Source: a virus. Taken from it: a DNA stretch of 64,000 nt. Within the stretch, counting starts at the first letter, position 1, and every line of letters begins with the position of its first letter. The position numbers and the translations under genes were made by a program. The stretch lies in IMG/VR virus record IMGVR_UViG_3300047560_000724, positions 1 through 64,000 of that record; one strand, given 5' to 3'. Of this stretch, positions 48,358 through 57,247 are shown one piece after another. The notes under the pieces are model-generated. The model had not been told where the DNA came from. It saw nothing but the letters and a program-made list of their open reading frames with translations, and made no database searches.

Positions 48358-48753
48358 TTAAACTCCGTCATCATCGTATGGTACAGGAATCCATCCTAGG
48401 TCGTAAAGATCTTTGGCAATTTCTTCTGTAACATGGCCTTCTGGCACAAAATTTTTTCTAGCCATATACTCTTCACCTTCTTTTAAATCGTAAGTAGCAA
48501 CGCCGCCCATACCCGAACAATAATAGTCCATGTAGTCTTCGCCTTTGCCGCGAAGGTCTGCTATAATCCCGCCAGCACCTCGCCAACTTGCCGACCAGTA
48601 TCTTTCGGATAACACCGGCCATAGTTCTCTCTTACACCATTGCATATTGCACCATGCCGCATACAAGTTTTGGGCATAGTCATCACGAGTCTTTATCTTT
48701 TCCATTAGCCACGGACAGTCGCGGATTTCTTCTTGTAAATCGTATTCTTGCAT
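48358..48753 (-). CDS. Hypothetical protein
   Basis: 131-aa ORF with YAQNLYAAWCN and SWRGAGGIIA motifs. Confidence 0.65.
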   Translation of the reverse strand: MQEYDLQEEIRDCPWLMEKIKTRDDYAQNLYAAWCNMQWCKRELWPVLSERYWSASWRGAGGIIADLRGKGEDYMDYYCSGMGGVATYDLKEGEEYMARKNFVPEGHVTEEIAKDLYDLGWIPVPYDDDGV

Positions 48754-49094
48754 TACTTTTGGCCGTTTTCAGAGTGCCAATCACCTTGGAAACAATGTCT
48801 AACTTCGTGACCGAGGCTGTGCATAGTAGTATCTTTTCCTGTAACAATGGTACAGGTATTACCTTCCCAAAAAGCACACGCTTGGAGAGTAAATCCAAAG
48901 TTATGATACCCTCTACTCTTTGCTTCTTTATTACATACAGCTTGAGGATTAGCGGCAGTTTTCCATGTAATAGTAACTGTCGTGTACCTGTTGCTAGATG
49001 TCGAAAAGTTTTGTGTAGGAGATTCGTCATACGCTGGACTTGCAAGTACACTACCTGCAAACATTACAGCAATAATTAGAGCTAACTTTTTCAT
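48753..49094 (-). CDS. Secreted HExxH protein
   Basis: Signal peptide; LGHEVRHC. Confidence 0.6.
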   Translation of the reverse strand: MKKLALIIAVMFAGSVLASPAYDESPTQNFSTSSNRYTTVTITWKTAANPQAVCNKEAKSRGYHNFGFTLQACAFWEGNTCTIVTGKDTTMHSLGHEVRHCFQGDWHSENGQK

Positions 49095-49119
49095 ACTTGC
49101 CTTTCTTGTGCCTATAAAT

Positions 49120-49235
49120 TGGTGTAGATGGTAGGATTCGAACCTACAAAGTCGCCCTGTGGGCTAGACCTGTTCCCTCCGCAACCAGTGGGGGCTGGCT
49201 TTGGAGGAGGTATACCATGTTCCACTCACATCTAC
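49120..49235 (-). ncRNA. tRNA-like RNA (116 nt) with an aberrant, extended anticodon arm
   Basis: Acceptor GTAGATG/CATCTAC-A-CCA, T arm GTAGG-TTCGAAT-CCTAC, no canonical 7-nt anticodon loop; own sigma70 promoter. Confidence 0.75.
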
Positions 49236-49241
49236 CTTTGT

Positions 49242-49270
49242 ATTATATATTCTTTTGGACTCAGTGTCAA
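49242..49270 (-). promoter_or_regulatory. sigma70 promoter for the tRNA-like RNA
   Basis: TTGACA-N17-TATAAT. Confidence 0.75.
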
Positions 49271-49321
49271 CCTGAAATGGCAGAATATTTTTGGCTAATA
49301 ATAATAGCACTAAATAACTTC

Positions 49322-50074
49322 ATGAAATATCCATCTCAAATAATGCCAGGTTTCTCAGAAAGTGTTGTCGATTTTTATAGAGATCGAAATGTAGAGCCAC
49401 GGTTCAGCGGAATTTATGCTCAAGGTATAGACCGTTGGCTATTAGTTGACGGATACGATCCTTGGATGACTTTTGAAACAGCCAAAATTTTATCATCAAA
49501 GTTGCCTGTACTTACATTCTTATTGCCTAATAATATTGGATCAATGACTAATCAAAATTGTATGAACTATTATATTTTTAAGAAGTTACATATCAATACA
49601 GGACGACAGACTCCTACCTTTACAAGGATCTGGGATCCTGCACAGATCAACTACTTAGGTGTTCCAGAAGATTTTAAAAATGAACAAGGTCTTGCAATGT
49701 TAGAAAAGTTACAGGCGTTTGCTAATTTTGTTCATGTTGTAGTGTATGCTGCGTCATGGATGGATGCATCGAGCAACGTAGACAATACACAAGACATAGC
49801 AGAAAGATTTTTACCAGACGGCTGGTCTGACACTATGTTTTCAAATGTTGACCGTTCTCAAACTAAGAACGGAATGGCTACTGAAATTAAAAAAATACTG
49901 TATAATTCTAATACAATTGAAGAAGCAGATTCTGCAATATACAATTTATGGTTAACTCAGTCTGCTGATATACCTTGGCAACGAAATGCCTACTATAAAA
50001 TTCTAGGCCGTGATGTTCCACAAGCCCTTTCTAACTTACCAGGCACTGGTAAATTTACTTATTTCTCAGTATGA
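49322..50074 (+). CDS. Hypothetical protein
   Basis: ORF from MKYPSQ directly after CTAAATA. Confidence 0.6.
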   Translation: MKYPSQIMPGFSESVVDFYRDRNVEPRFSGIYAQGIDRWLLVDGYDPWMTFETAKILSSKLPVLTFLLPNNIGSMTNQNCMNYYIFKKLHINTGRQTPTFTRIWDPAQINYLGVPEDFKNEQGLAMLEKLQAFANFVHVVVYAASWMDASSNVDNTQDIAERFLPDGWSDTMFSNVDRSQTKNGMATEIKKILYNSNTIEEADSAIYNLWLTQSADIPWQRNAYYKILGRDVPQALSNLPGTGKFTYFSV

Positions 50075-51318
50075 TTGATATTAACGACACAATTTATTGG
50101 CACAACATTAGCCTTAACATCGATACCGCAGATATATGGAGTAGTATTAGAGAACAAGCAAGTCCTGCTGGTCAGTTTTACATAGATATTAGTAAACGAA
50201 TTAACCCTGGTAGGTTTGTTACTCGTAACGGCGAATGGAGTTTACCTTGGAAACAAGAACTACTGCCAGGATATGAGATGCCTGTTTACAACCCTAACTA
50301 TTCTAAATCGTTTGATCAAGTGACTAATGAACGGGCAATAGAGATTAAGCAACGAATTACACATGGTGAGAAGTTTGCTGTAATGTTTAGCGGCGGCATT
50401 GACAGTACAGTTATAATGGCTGCACTGATTAAAAATCTAACAGTCGAAGAATTAAAATCAATTACTGTTTGTTGTAGTGTACACACTATGTTAGAAAACC
50501 CTACTTTCTTTGAAAAGTTTATTCACGGAAAGTTTGACACAATTGATTCGAGAACTATCAAGTATGACGACTTGATTGAAAGAGGATTTACTCCTATCAC
50601 AGCAGACGAAGGTGATTGTATCTTTGGAACCATGTTTGGATTAAACATGTATAACAACTTTGAAGTGCTTATCAAAGATTTTTCACCTGATGCAAAAGCA
50701 AATTTAAGAAAAATTAAGTTTGATGTAGCTAATCCAGATGTACATTACAGTAGGTATAAAGATCTTATCATAAAACATTTTGGTATAACAACTGATCCAG
50801 ACTTTGGTCGTTTATTCTACGAGAAGTGTGTTAAGAATGTAGAAACAGCAAGTGTTCCAATTAATAGCTTGCATGATTTCTTTTGGTGGCTAATTTTTAA
50901 TATCAAGTATTTGAACTGTGCTGTTAGAGGTGCATTGTATTTTAATGATAGAATTGATTGGCAAGTGTGCATGAATCGGATTGTTAACTGGTTCGGGCAT
51001 CCGGAATACCAACGATGGTCCATGGCTAATAACAACAATGGTCAGAAGATTAGGAAAACACAGTCAACTTACAAGTGGGCCGCTAGAGAATACATTTACG
51101 ATTTAGATAAAAACGATTGGTATAAGTTTTTTAAAATTAAATTAGAATCGCTGTATCTAGTAGTTAATCAACAGCCGAGACTATTAGATCTCGAAGCAAG
51201 TAAGCGTCCTAATTTTAGAGCAGGACTAACTAAAAATTACAAAATGCTCTACTTGCAAGACCAAGAAACACAAGATTTCTTTAAACATCACCTTGCAAAC
51301 TACCAACAAGACTGGTAA
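50071..51318 (+). CDS. PP-loop ATP pyrophosphatase, asparagine-synthetase-C-like
   Basis: MFSGGIDST and TADEGDCIFG motifs; no glutaminase domain. Confidence 0.7.
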   Translation: MIDINDTIYWHNISLNIDTADIWSSIREQASPAGQFYIDISKRINPGRFVTRNGEWSLPWKQELLPGYEMPVYNPNYSKSFDQVTNERAIEIKQRITHGEKFAVMFSGGIDSTVIMAALIKNLTVEELKSITVCCSVHTMLENPTFFEKFIHGKFDTIDSRTIKYDDLIERGFTPITADEGDCIFGTMFGLNMYNNFEVLIKDFSPDAKANLRKIKFDVANPDVHYSRYKDLIIKHFGITTDPDFGRLFYEKCVKNVETASVPINSLHDFFWWLIFNIKYLNCAVRGALYFNDRIDWQVCMNRIVNWFGHPEYQRWSMANNNNGQKIRKTQSTYKWAAREYIYDLDKNDWYKFFKIKLESLYLVVNQQPRLLDLEASKRPNFRAGLTKNYKMLYLQDQETQDFFKHHLANYQQDW

Positions 51319-51398
51319 GTTAGCCCAAAATCTCCTAACAAATAAATACTAGAGCAAGGAAAAACCCTTGCTAAATTCATTTAAATGGAGAATTAAAC

Positions 51399-52346
51399 AT
51401 GGAAAAAAGACATGTAAAGTGGGTCATTGCCCATGAACCAATTGGTTTATTTTTAAAAGTTGCAGAGCGTTTTGCTAAAGAAGTTAATGAGCAAACTAAC
51501 GGTATGTTCGATATCGAAGTTCTTTCATTATCAGACTATAGTGAAAAATACAATGGCGGCAAGCGAGTTACGAAGAACGATTTGATGGACCTAATAAATA
51601 CCGGTGCTATCGAAATGAGTCATATCTACACAACTTGGTTAGCTGACTATAACAAAGATCTACACGCATTAGATCTACCTTTCTTATTCCAAGATCACGA
51701 TCATGCTGATCGCGTTCTAGAAGGCGAGATTGGTGCTGAGTTACTTGCAGGTGTTTCTAAACAAAGTAACATTAAAGCTATGAGTTTCACATACTCAGGC
51801 GGTTACCGTGTTGTTCCTGCTAACTTTGAAGCAGACACAGTAGAAGCATGGGCTGGCAAGAAAGTTCGTACAAGCCGCAGTCCAGTTGCTGTTGATACAT
51901 TCAAGCTATTAGGCGCACAACCTTTTGAAGGTATTGCACTTGAAGAAATGAATGAAGCAGCAGACGCAGGTATTATCGAAGCTGGTGAATCCACTTATGT
52001 TCGTGTGTTCCCTCTAGATCAATACAAGAGCTTCGAAGTTGTTAACGATACAGCACACAGTCTGTTCCTAACTTCAATCATTGTTAATCAAGACTTCTTT
52101 AAACAATTTGATGCTGAAGTACAAGAAATCTTATCAACAGCTGCATTCAATGCTGCTCGTGCAGAGCGCCGTGAATCAGTTGCCGACATTCCAAACATTC
52201 TAGCACAATGCGAAGAAAAGGGTGTTAAAGTTATTAAGATGGATTCAGCAGAAGAAGCAAAGTTCAAGTCAGTTACTTCTAAAGTATATGACATGTACGC
52301 AGACTACTTCACTCCTGGTCTAGTACAAAAGATTCAGTTACACTAA
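51399..52346 (+). CDS. TRAP transporter substrate-binding protein (DctP family)
   Basis: LDLPFLFQD..HA, G.KVR and E.Y..V motifs; no signal peptide visible. Confidence 0.82.
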   Translation: MEKRHVKWVIAHEPIGLFLKVAERFAKEVNEQTNGMFDIEVLSLSDYSEKYNGGKRVTKNDLMDLINTGAIEMSHIYTTWLADYNKDLHALDLPFLFQDHDHADRVLEGEIGAELLAGVSKQSNIKAMSFTYSGGYRVVPANFEADTVEAWAGKKVRTSRSPVAVDTFKLLGAQPFEGIALEEMNEAADAGIIEAGESTYVRVFPLDQYKSFEVVNDTAHSLFLTSIIVNQDFFKQFDAEVQEILSTAAFNAARAERRESVADIPNILAQCEEKGVKVIKMDSAEEAKFKSVTSKVYDMYADYFTPGLVQKIQLH

Positions 52347-52363
52347 TCTTTACTAGTCAAAAT

Positions 52364-52389
52364 AAAAGGGCTCTTAGGAGCCCTTTTTT
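52364..52389. terminator. Bidirectional intrinsic terminator
   Basis: AAAAGGGCTC-TTAG-GAGCCCTTTTTT between convergent genes. Confidence 0.78.
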
Positions 52390-52401
52390 ATTTGTTAAAC
52401 T

Positions 52402-53319
52402 TTATTTGTTATCTAATTTAACTTTTGATGCAAGTGTTTTCCAGTAGCTAGTATGGAAGGCGAAGAATTTATCTAGCCCGTCATATGTAACTGTTTGCGG
52501 CTCGCAATAGTCAACAGCGTATGCAGCTCGAACAGCATCGGACTTTGCAGCCATAGCAAAGATTTCATGGAACTCTTTACGCTTACTTGCTTCAGTCTTT
52601 ACTGGAATTAGCATATGATGACCGACATTCATGTCAGCAAAGCTCTTATCGAATCCTTGCTTAACTAATGGTTGATATCCGTTAACAACTTTAGAGCCGG
52701 TAATACCTAATACAGTAACCTTACGATCTGATTTAGTATTCTCTTTGCTCCATTGTTCAGCTTCACTAATAAAGCCAATGTGGAAATCAGTTTGACCTGA
52801 GATCATGCTTAACATTGAATCGTTTGTACTCTTAAAAGGTACAATGTTCATATTAGGATACTTTGATTGAAGTTCAATCGCGGCCAAGTGTGTTGTAACA
52901 CCTAAGCCAGAAATGCCTACGCTAACCTTTGCATCACTCTTAACATCCTTCCATGACTTGTATTTTGTACTAGTCACAGCCATCGGTGCCATACAGTGAA
53001 CATATTGCTCTTGGTATTGTGTCAAGTCATAACTTTCATTAGGATAAACTACTGGTCGTACAAAGAATGCAGTGCTATGTGCTAGTATACTGTTTGATTC
53101 TTTTAGTACATGGTTGGCTGCAATGGCACCGCCTGCACCCGGTTTGGTATCAAAAACAAAATTATATTTGTCTTGAATCTTGTTTGCTTCATTAGCAATA
53201 GTACGATGGTAATTTGCTACAGAGTCACCAGGGCCCCATGCGTAATAAATTACGATGTTTTCTTTAGCGATTGCTGTAAGACTTAATGTTGTTAGCAATG
53301 TTGCTAATAATTTTTTCAT
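52402..53319 (-). CDS. Tripartite tricarboxylate transporter substrate-binding protein (TctC/Bug family)
   Basis: Signal peptide; KPGAGGAIAANHV, SGLGVTTHLA and VPFK motifs. Confidence 0.8.
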   Translation of the reverse strand: MKKLLATLLTTLSLTAIAKENIVIYYAWGPGDSVANYHRTIANEANKIQDKYNFVFDTKPGAGGAIAANHVLKESNSILAHSTAFFVRPVVYPNESYDLTQYQEQYVHCMAPMAVTSTKYKSWKDVKSDAKVSVGISGLGVTTHLAAIELQSKYPNMNIVPFKSTNDSMLSMISGQTDFHIGFISEAEQWSKENTKSDRKVTVLGITGSKVVNGYQPLVKQGFDKSFADMNVGHHMLIPVKTEASKRKEFHEIFAMAAKSDAVRAAYAVDYCEPQTVTYDGLDKFFAFHTSYWKTLASKVKLDNK

Positions 53320-53558
53320 GCTGATACTTCCTCTTCTTTAATTTCTTTTCCTGCATCAATTCTATTCCAAGCCCGTTCGTGGAAGTAGTAAAGGATACTG
53401 TTAACGACTAAAGCAAAGCTAACAACGCCTAGCCCTACCGCCCAAGATCCTGATGCTAACCAACCTCCAATGAAGTTTGTAATTGTAACAAGGATACGCC
53501 AAGTAACTACCTTACCTAGACTACGCATTGCTTTTTCGTAAAATTTTGTATTAATCAT
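53316..53558 (-). CDS. DUF2061-like membrane protein
   Basis: RSLGKVVTWR...LYYFHERAW. Confidence 0.75.
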   Translation of the reverse strand: MINTKFYEKAMRSLGKVVTWRILVTITNFIGGWLASGSWAVGLGVVSFALVVNSILYYFHERAWNRIDAGKEIKEEEVSA

Positions 53559-53614
53559 TTTTTCTCCGAATACAGATTGCATTTTACTTATCATCCGTAG
53601 AAATACTAGTCAAG

Positions 53615-53639
53615 AAAATAGGCCCCGAAGGGCCTATTT
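53615..53639 (-). terminator. Intrinsic terminator
   Basis: AAATAGGCCC-CGAA-GGGCCTATTT (UUCG loop on minus strand). Confidence 0.75.
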
Positions 53640-54102
53640 ACTGTGCGTACCAAATTTGGCTAAAGCCTTCATCTAAGGTCGGTTCTTCCCATCCGTCAAT
53701 CATTTGATCTACAACATATTTTGGAATATGCTTACCAGGACGACCTGACAACCTTACATCTAACTCATCGCGATTCGGTGTACGGAATACAATAGCAATG
53801 TGTTCGTAATCCGGCAAGGTATTAAACTTTCGGGTACGACTCGCGATAGTGGTACTAGTCTGATCCCAGATTAAATCCAAATTGTTTGCTTGACAAATTA
53901 ATGCTTGATTAACCATTAACTTAACTGCAATTGGCATATAATCTTTAAATACTTCGGAATAAGTTTTACCTTGTTCCTTAGCATAGGCTTCTACAAACGA
54001 ATCTGTACAGACTACAGGCATATCCTTAGCCCAATCTTGATTAGAAATCCAGGTGCTTTTTCCAGCACCCGGAACTCCTACTAGTTGATAACACTTTGGC
54101 AT
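53638..54102 (-). CDS. P-loop kinase (AAA_33 / polynucleotide-kinase-like)
   Basis: GVPGAGKST, DQTS...SR, R..R and PTLDEGF motifs. Confidence 0.8.
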   Translation of the reverse strand: MPKCYQLVGVPGAGKSTWISNQDWAKDMPVVCTDSFVEAYAKEQGKTYSEVFKDYMPIAVKLMVNQALICQANNLDLIWDQTSTTIASRTRKFNTLPDYEHIAIVFRTPNRDELDVRLSGRPGKHIPKYVVDQMIDGWEEPTLDEGFSQIWYAQ

Positions 54103-54110
54103 ACTACTCC

Positions 54111-54716
54111 TTACATCGTTGGGCCGTTGCCCGATCTGAAACCAACAACACCGCCTTCTTCGGCGATACGCTTTAACACATCTTCAAATAAGATAGGTGC
54201 AAAGTCCGGTGTTTGTTCCACACAAACGCAATGGTAGCGTGGATCAATTTCATCACCATATAACACTTCGCCGGTCTTGGCATCAACACCACGAGCTTTC
54301 ATAACACGATTTGCGTGTAAGTGTCCGTGAATGTTAACACCAAAACGACCTAAGCTATCTGCGTGTACAGGAATATGGCTTAAGATCATTCCGTTCATAA
54401 CATGGTATGCTCGTAATTCTCTAAAGTACTGCCTGTACTCGTCATCTCTAAAGATGTCGTGGTTACCACGAATTAAAACCTTATCACCGTTCAAGCGATG
54501 TAACACTTTTAAGGCCTTGCGGTTAATAACAACATCGCCTAAATGGTAAACCTTGTCAGTAGGCTTGACTCTTTCGTTCCAAGCCCTGACCATAGCTTCG
54601 TCCATTTCGTCCGGGTCATCCCACGGCCTTAACTTTGTAAACCCGTCGTTCCGGGTGAAGCGACATACACCTGTGTGACCAAAGTGCGTATCGCTAACTA
54701 AAAATACACTAGGCAT
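54111..54716 (-). CDS. Calcineurin-like phosphoesterase
   Basis: SDTHFGH, HLGD, GNHD and HGHLH motifs. Confidence 0.88.
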   Translation of the reverse strand: MPSVFLVSDTHFGHTGVCRFTRNDGFTKLRPWDDPDEMDEAMVRAWNERVKPTDKVYHLGDVVINRKALKVLHRLNGDKVLIRGNHDIFRDDEYRQYFRELRAYHVMNGMILSHIPVHADSLGRFGVNIHGHLHANRVMKARGVDAKTGEVLYGDEIDPRYHCVCVEQTPDFAPILFEDVLKRIAEEGGVVGFRSGNGPTM

Positions 54717-55213
54717 TATATGTCTCCTTCATAGTTCTTTGGCACAATCAAACCACTGTCTAATTCAATGCCGTTAATCGTATGGGGCTCGTTTTCATCG
54801 TAAGTCCAACCGAGCACCTTCATCATTTTATGCTTGACCATCAAGTTAGGGCTACGAAAAACTTCAGTATCACGGAAGCCCATCATAACTCCAACCTCGC
54901 AGACTGCACCCGAACGGCACACACCTGCAACACAATGCACAACAACATTCATTCGTTGTTCCATTGCATGTTCTAGCAATCGAACAAGTCTTTCGGCTTG
55001 CTCGTCTGTAACCTTAAAGTCGTCGCCCCACTTGTCGTCTTGTTCCAAATCCAAGAACTCAAACTGATGAGTTTCACGGAACTGATGCCTAGGAGTAGGG
55101 AACTCCATAGCAGGGTCAACTATTTGAATGAGCATACTGTTAATGCCCGCATCAATGTGATGGCCTTTTGGAATGTCAGCAAACGAGACATTTTGAATCC
55201 ACGGGGTTAACAT
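54716..55213 (-). CDS. Cys-based (tyrosine/dual-specificity-like) phosphatase
   Basis: HCVAGVCRS CX5R motif. Confidence 0.85.
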   Translation of the reverse strand: MLTPWIQNVSFADIPKGHHIDAGINSMLIQIVDPAMEFPTPRHQFRETHQFEFLDLEQDDKWGDDFKVTDEQAERLVRLLEHAMEQRMNVVVHCVAGVCRSGAVCEVGVMMGFRDTEVFRSPNLMVKHKMMKVLGWTYDENEPHTINGIELDSGLIVPKNYEGDI

Positions 55214-55236
55214 GTCGCTCTCCTTATTATTTGTAT

Positions 55237-55265
55237 ATTATAGCACAAAATTTTGGCTAAGTCAA
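55237..55265 (-). promoter_or_regulatory. sigma70 promoter containing a TTAGCCAAAA box
   Basis: TTGACT-N17-TATAAT. Confidence 0.72.
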
Positions 55266-55268
55266 TCT

Positions 55269-55295
55269 AAAAAAATAGGGCCCAAAGGCCCTATT
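55269..55295 (-). terminator. Intrinsic terminator after the DUF2828 gene
   Basis: AATAGGG...CCCTATT hairpin with a T-run on the minus strand. Confidence 0.7.
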
Positions 55296-55322
55296 CAAAC
55301 TGTGTTGTATTTCTACAACAGT

Positions 55323-56732
55323 TTACAGGTCGTAGCGTGGGACCATTACAGTCTTAAGCATAATACCTTCTGGAGTGAACTGATCAAGATCAGCACTCAA
55401 AAGAGCTGTCATAATGCTTGGGCTGAACCCTGACACCAAAGCAGCTCCTGTCTTGTCTGCCTTAACAGGTACATTGTCTGAACTGTTTAGGTTCCAGAAA
55501 ACAATCTGTGGCATTGCATAGCCAGCGGCTTCGAACTTGCGTTCGATCATTTCCATTGCGCTATCGTCGTAACGGGCGCATTGGTTGAATTGCATGTCTG
55601 ACAAGATTAGTAGCATAGCTGGCATATCGCTAGCAGGAACATTTCCCTTAACTGCTGTGCTTAGGATCTTATCCATAGCGGCATGCAGGTTAGTACTCAT
55701 TTCCCAGTTGCTACGAGACATTTGGTCAACCTTTTCAACAATGTTACCCTTTAGAGTAACAAGTTGTGGCTTGCTTGAGAAAGTCAAGAATGTGTCCTTG
55801 AACGCACCCTTGTTCTTGTCTGCAAGGTACAAGCCTAGGCTTACGGCTACATCAAGACAACGAACACTAGTGTCACGACCTGCTGGGCAAGTCATAGAAC
55901 CAGATACATCAACTAGAGGTAGGATACTTGCGTTGCCTACATAGTTTGGCAGAGCATCCCATTGTGCGATCACATGGTTAGTCTCTGTCTTGTCCAAAGT
56001 CTTGTAGCCGTGTGCGATGCCCTTTAGGACATCATGTGGGAAGATTGCGTTGGCGTTAACCTTAACAGTCTTATCCCCTGCCACCAACTTGGCCACATAC
56101 TCTGCAAACGCAGGTGTGTGACGGTTGAATGCCTTCTTGTATTGGCGAGCCGCTACAGAAGGAACATGGCTAAAGTTGATGTTATCCCAATCTCCTGCAC
56201 ACATTTGGGTTTCAACAACCTTTGTAAGTGCCACAAGGCTCTTACGGTATTGCTTTGGAGTCATGCCAAAGAAGGCACGGATCTCAGCGGCAATCTGACC
56301 CTTACGAGGAGTCCACTTTGCAGCCAAACCGTTCTTAGCACGAAGGGCATCGCCCAACATGGTATAAGCGGCTGACTTCAGAACTGGGTCTGAGAAGACA
56401 AAGATGTCATCCCAACGACCAACTTCTGGAACCTTGCGAAGCAAAGCCAAAGCGGCGTCTGGGTCACGCTTTTCTAGATGAACTAGAATGTCGCGGAACA
56501 GTTGACGCTCACCTGCACCACCACGGACATCTCGTGCCCATTGTGCAATGCGAAGTGCAACATCAGAGTTTTCCACATAGGCTGCAGTGAAGTCAGCCTT
56601 AATATCCTTACCACGGCTTGCGCCGATCTTGTAGAACAAGTCAACACACGCCTTAGCTGTGGACTTACGAGCCTTCATGCCATTGGCAGTACGGGCTTCT
56701 TGATTTGCGATTGCGTTTACAAATGCGTTCAT
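55323..56732 (-). CDS. DUF2828 family protein (Ro60/TROVE-like helical domain plus vWA)
   Basis: RDVRGGAGER, GRWDD, AAKW.PR and VPSVA motifs; vWA MIDAS DVSGSM...LSDMQF...VFWNL...LVSGFSP. Confidence 0.85.
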   Translation of the reverse strand: MNAFVNAIANQEARTANGMKARKSTAKACVDLFYKIGASRGKDIKADFTAAYVENSDVALRIAQWARDVRGGAGERQLFRDILVHLEKRDPDAALALLRKVPEVGRWDDIFVFSDPVLKSAAYTMLGDALRAKNGLAAKWTPRKGQIAAEIRAFFGMTPKQYRKSLVALTKVVETQMCAGDWDNINFSHVPSVAARQYKKAFNRHTPAFAEYVAKLVAGDKTVKVNANAIFPHDVLKGIAHGYKTLDKTETNHVIAQWDALPNYVGNASILPLVDVSGSMTCPAGRDTSVRCLDVAVSLGLYLADKNKGAFKDTFLTFSSKPQLVTLKGNIVEKVDQMSRSNWEMSTNLHAAMDKILSTAVKGNVPASDMPAMLLILSDMQFNQCARYDDSAMEMIERKFEAAGYAMPQIVFWNLNSSDNVPVKADKTGAALVSGFSPSIMTALLSADLDQFTPEGIMLKTVMVPRYDL

Positions 56733-56743
56733 TTTATTACCTC

Positions 56744-56800
56744 ACAGAATGTATTGTTTTTCGATATGCTTGAAAATTGAAAGTTGCTGTTAACATTCTA
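56744..56800 (-). ncRNA. ACAGCAA-stem RNA element 1 (Y-RNA-like candidate)
   Basis: AGAATGT-TA-ACAGCAA...ACATTCT-GT; ends at the DUF2828 RBS. Confidence 0.65.
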
Positions 56801-56807
56801 AAATTCT

Positions 56808-57041
56808 AACAGGATGATTGTGCCAATTTGTTTATTATTCTGGTCTGACCAATTACGGCACTCAGACCCTAACAACAATTCATGTTGTCTATCTTGTATT
56901 GTGTCTGTACAAGCATCATATTACGGATTCTCCGTACCTATCTATTCCTTCGGCGTCTATTTCTAGAAAGCATTTCTGCTTGTCCTCCGACCGCCTTCTA
57001 TAGCTGTAGTCGTAGTAGTTTAAATTGCTGTAGTCATCCTA
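56808..57041 (-). ncRNA. ACAGCAA-stem RNA element 2 (Y-RNA-like candidate)
   Basis: AGGATGA-CT-ACAGCAA...TCATCCT-GT; interior has several hairpins including GAAA tetraloops. Confidence 0.7.
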
Positions 57042-57046
57042 TGACT

Positions 57047-57216
57047 AACAGGATCGTTGTTGACTGCTTTTATTAGACTCAGGCCATCACTCTGAGCTCG
57101 TCCAGGGCATTTCAATAGTTACCTTCAACATACTCGGGCGAACCTCTGTACTCCAATAACTACCATGCACTATCCAGACCTTTCATAGTAATATGAATGT
57201 TGCTGTGCCGATCCTA
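57047..57216 (-). ncRNA. ACAGCAA-stem RNA element 3 (Y-RNA-like candidate)
   Basis: AGGATCG-GC-ACAGCAA...CGATCCT-GT. Confidence 0.7.
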
Positions 57217-57247
57217 AAACTGTTTGTTAATTGCTTAACATGTATCT

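Noticed and set aside
49120-49235. tmRNA or selenocysteine tRNA
   Set aside because: No G3-U70 pair or room for a tag ORF; no UCA anticodon or extended acceptor stem.
50071-51318. QueC assignment
   Set aside because: It has the SGGxDS loop but is much longer than QueC and lacks the C-terminal CxxCxxC zinc motif.
56744-57216. MITE/IS or CRISPR reading of the ACAGCAA elements
   Set aside because: Stems are only 7 bp and covary rather than being identical, interiors differ widely in length, and no target duplications or transposase are visible.
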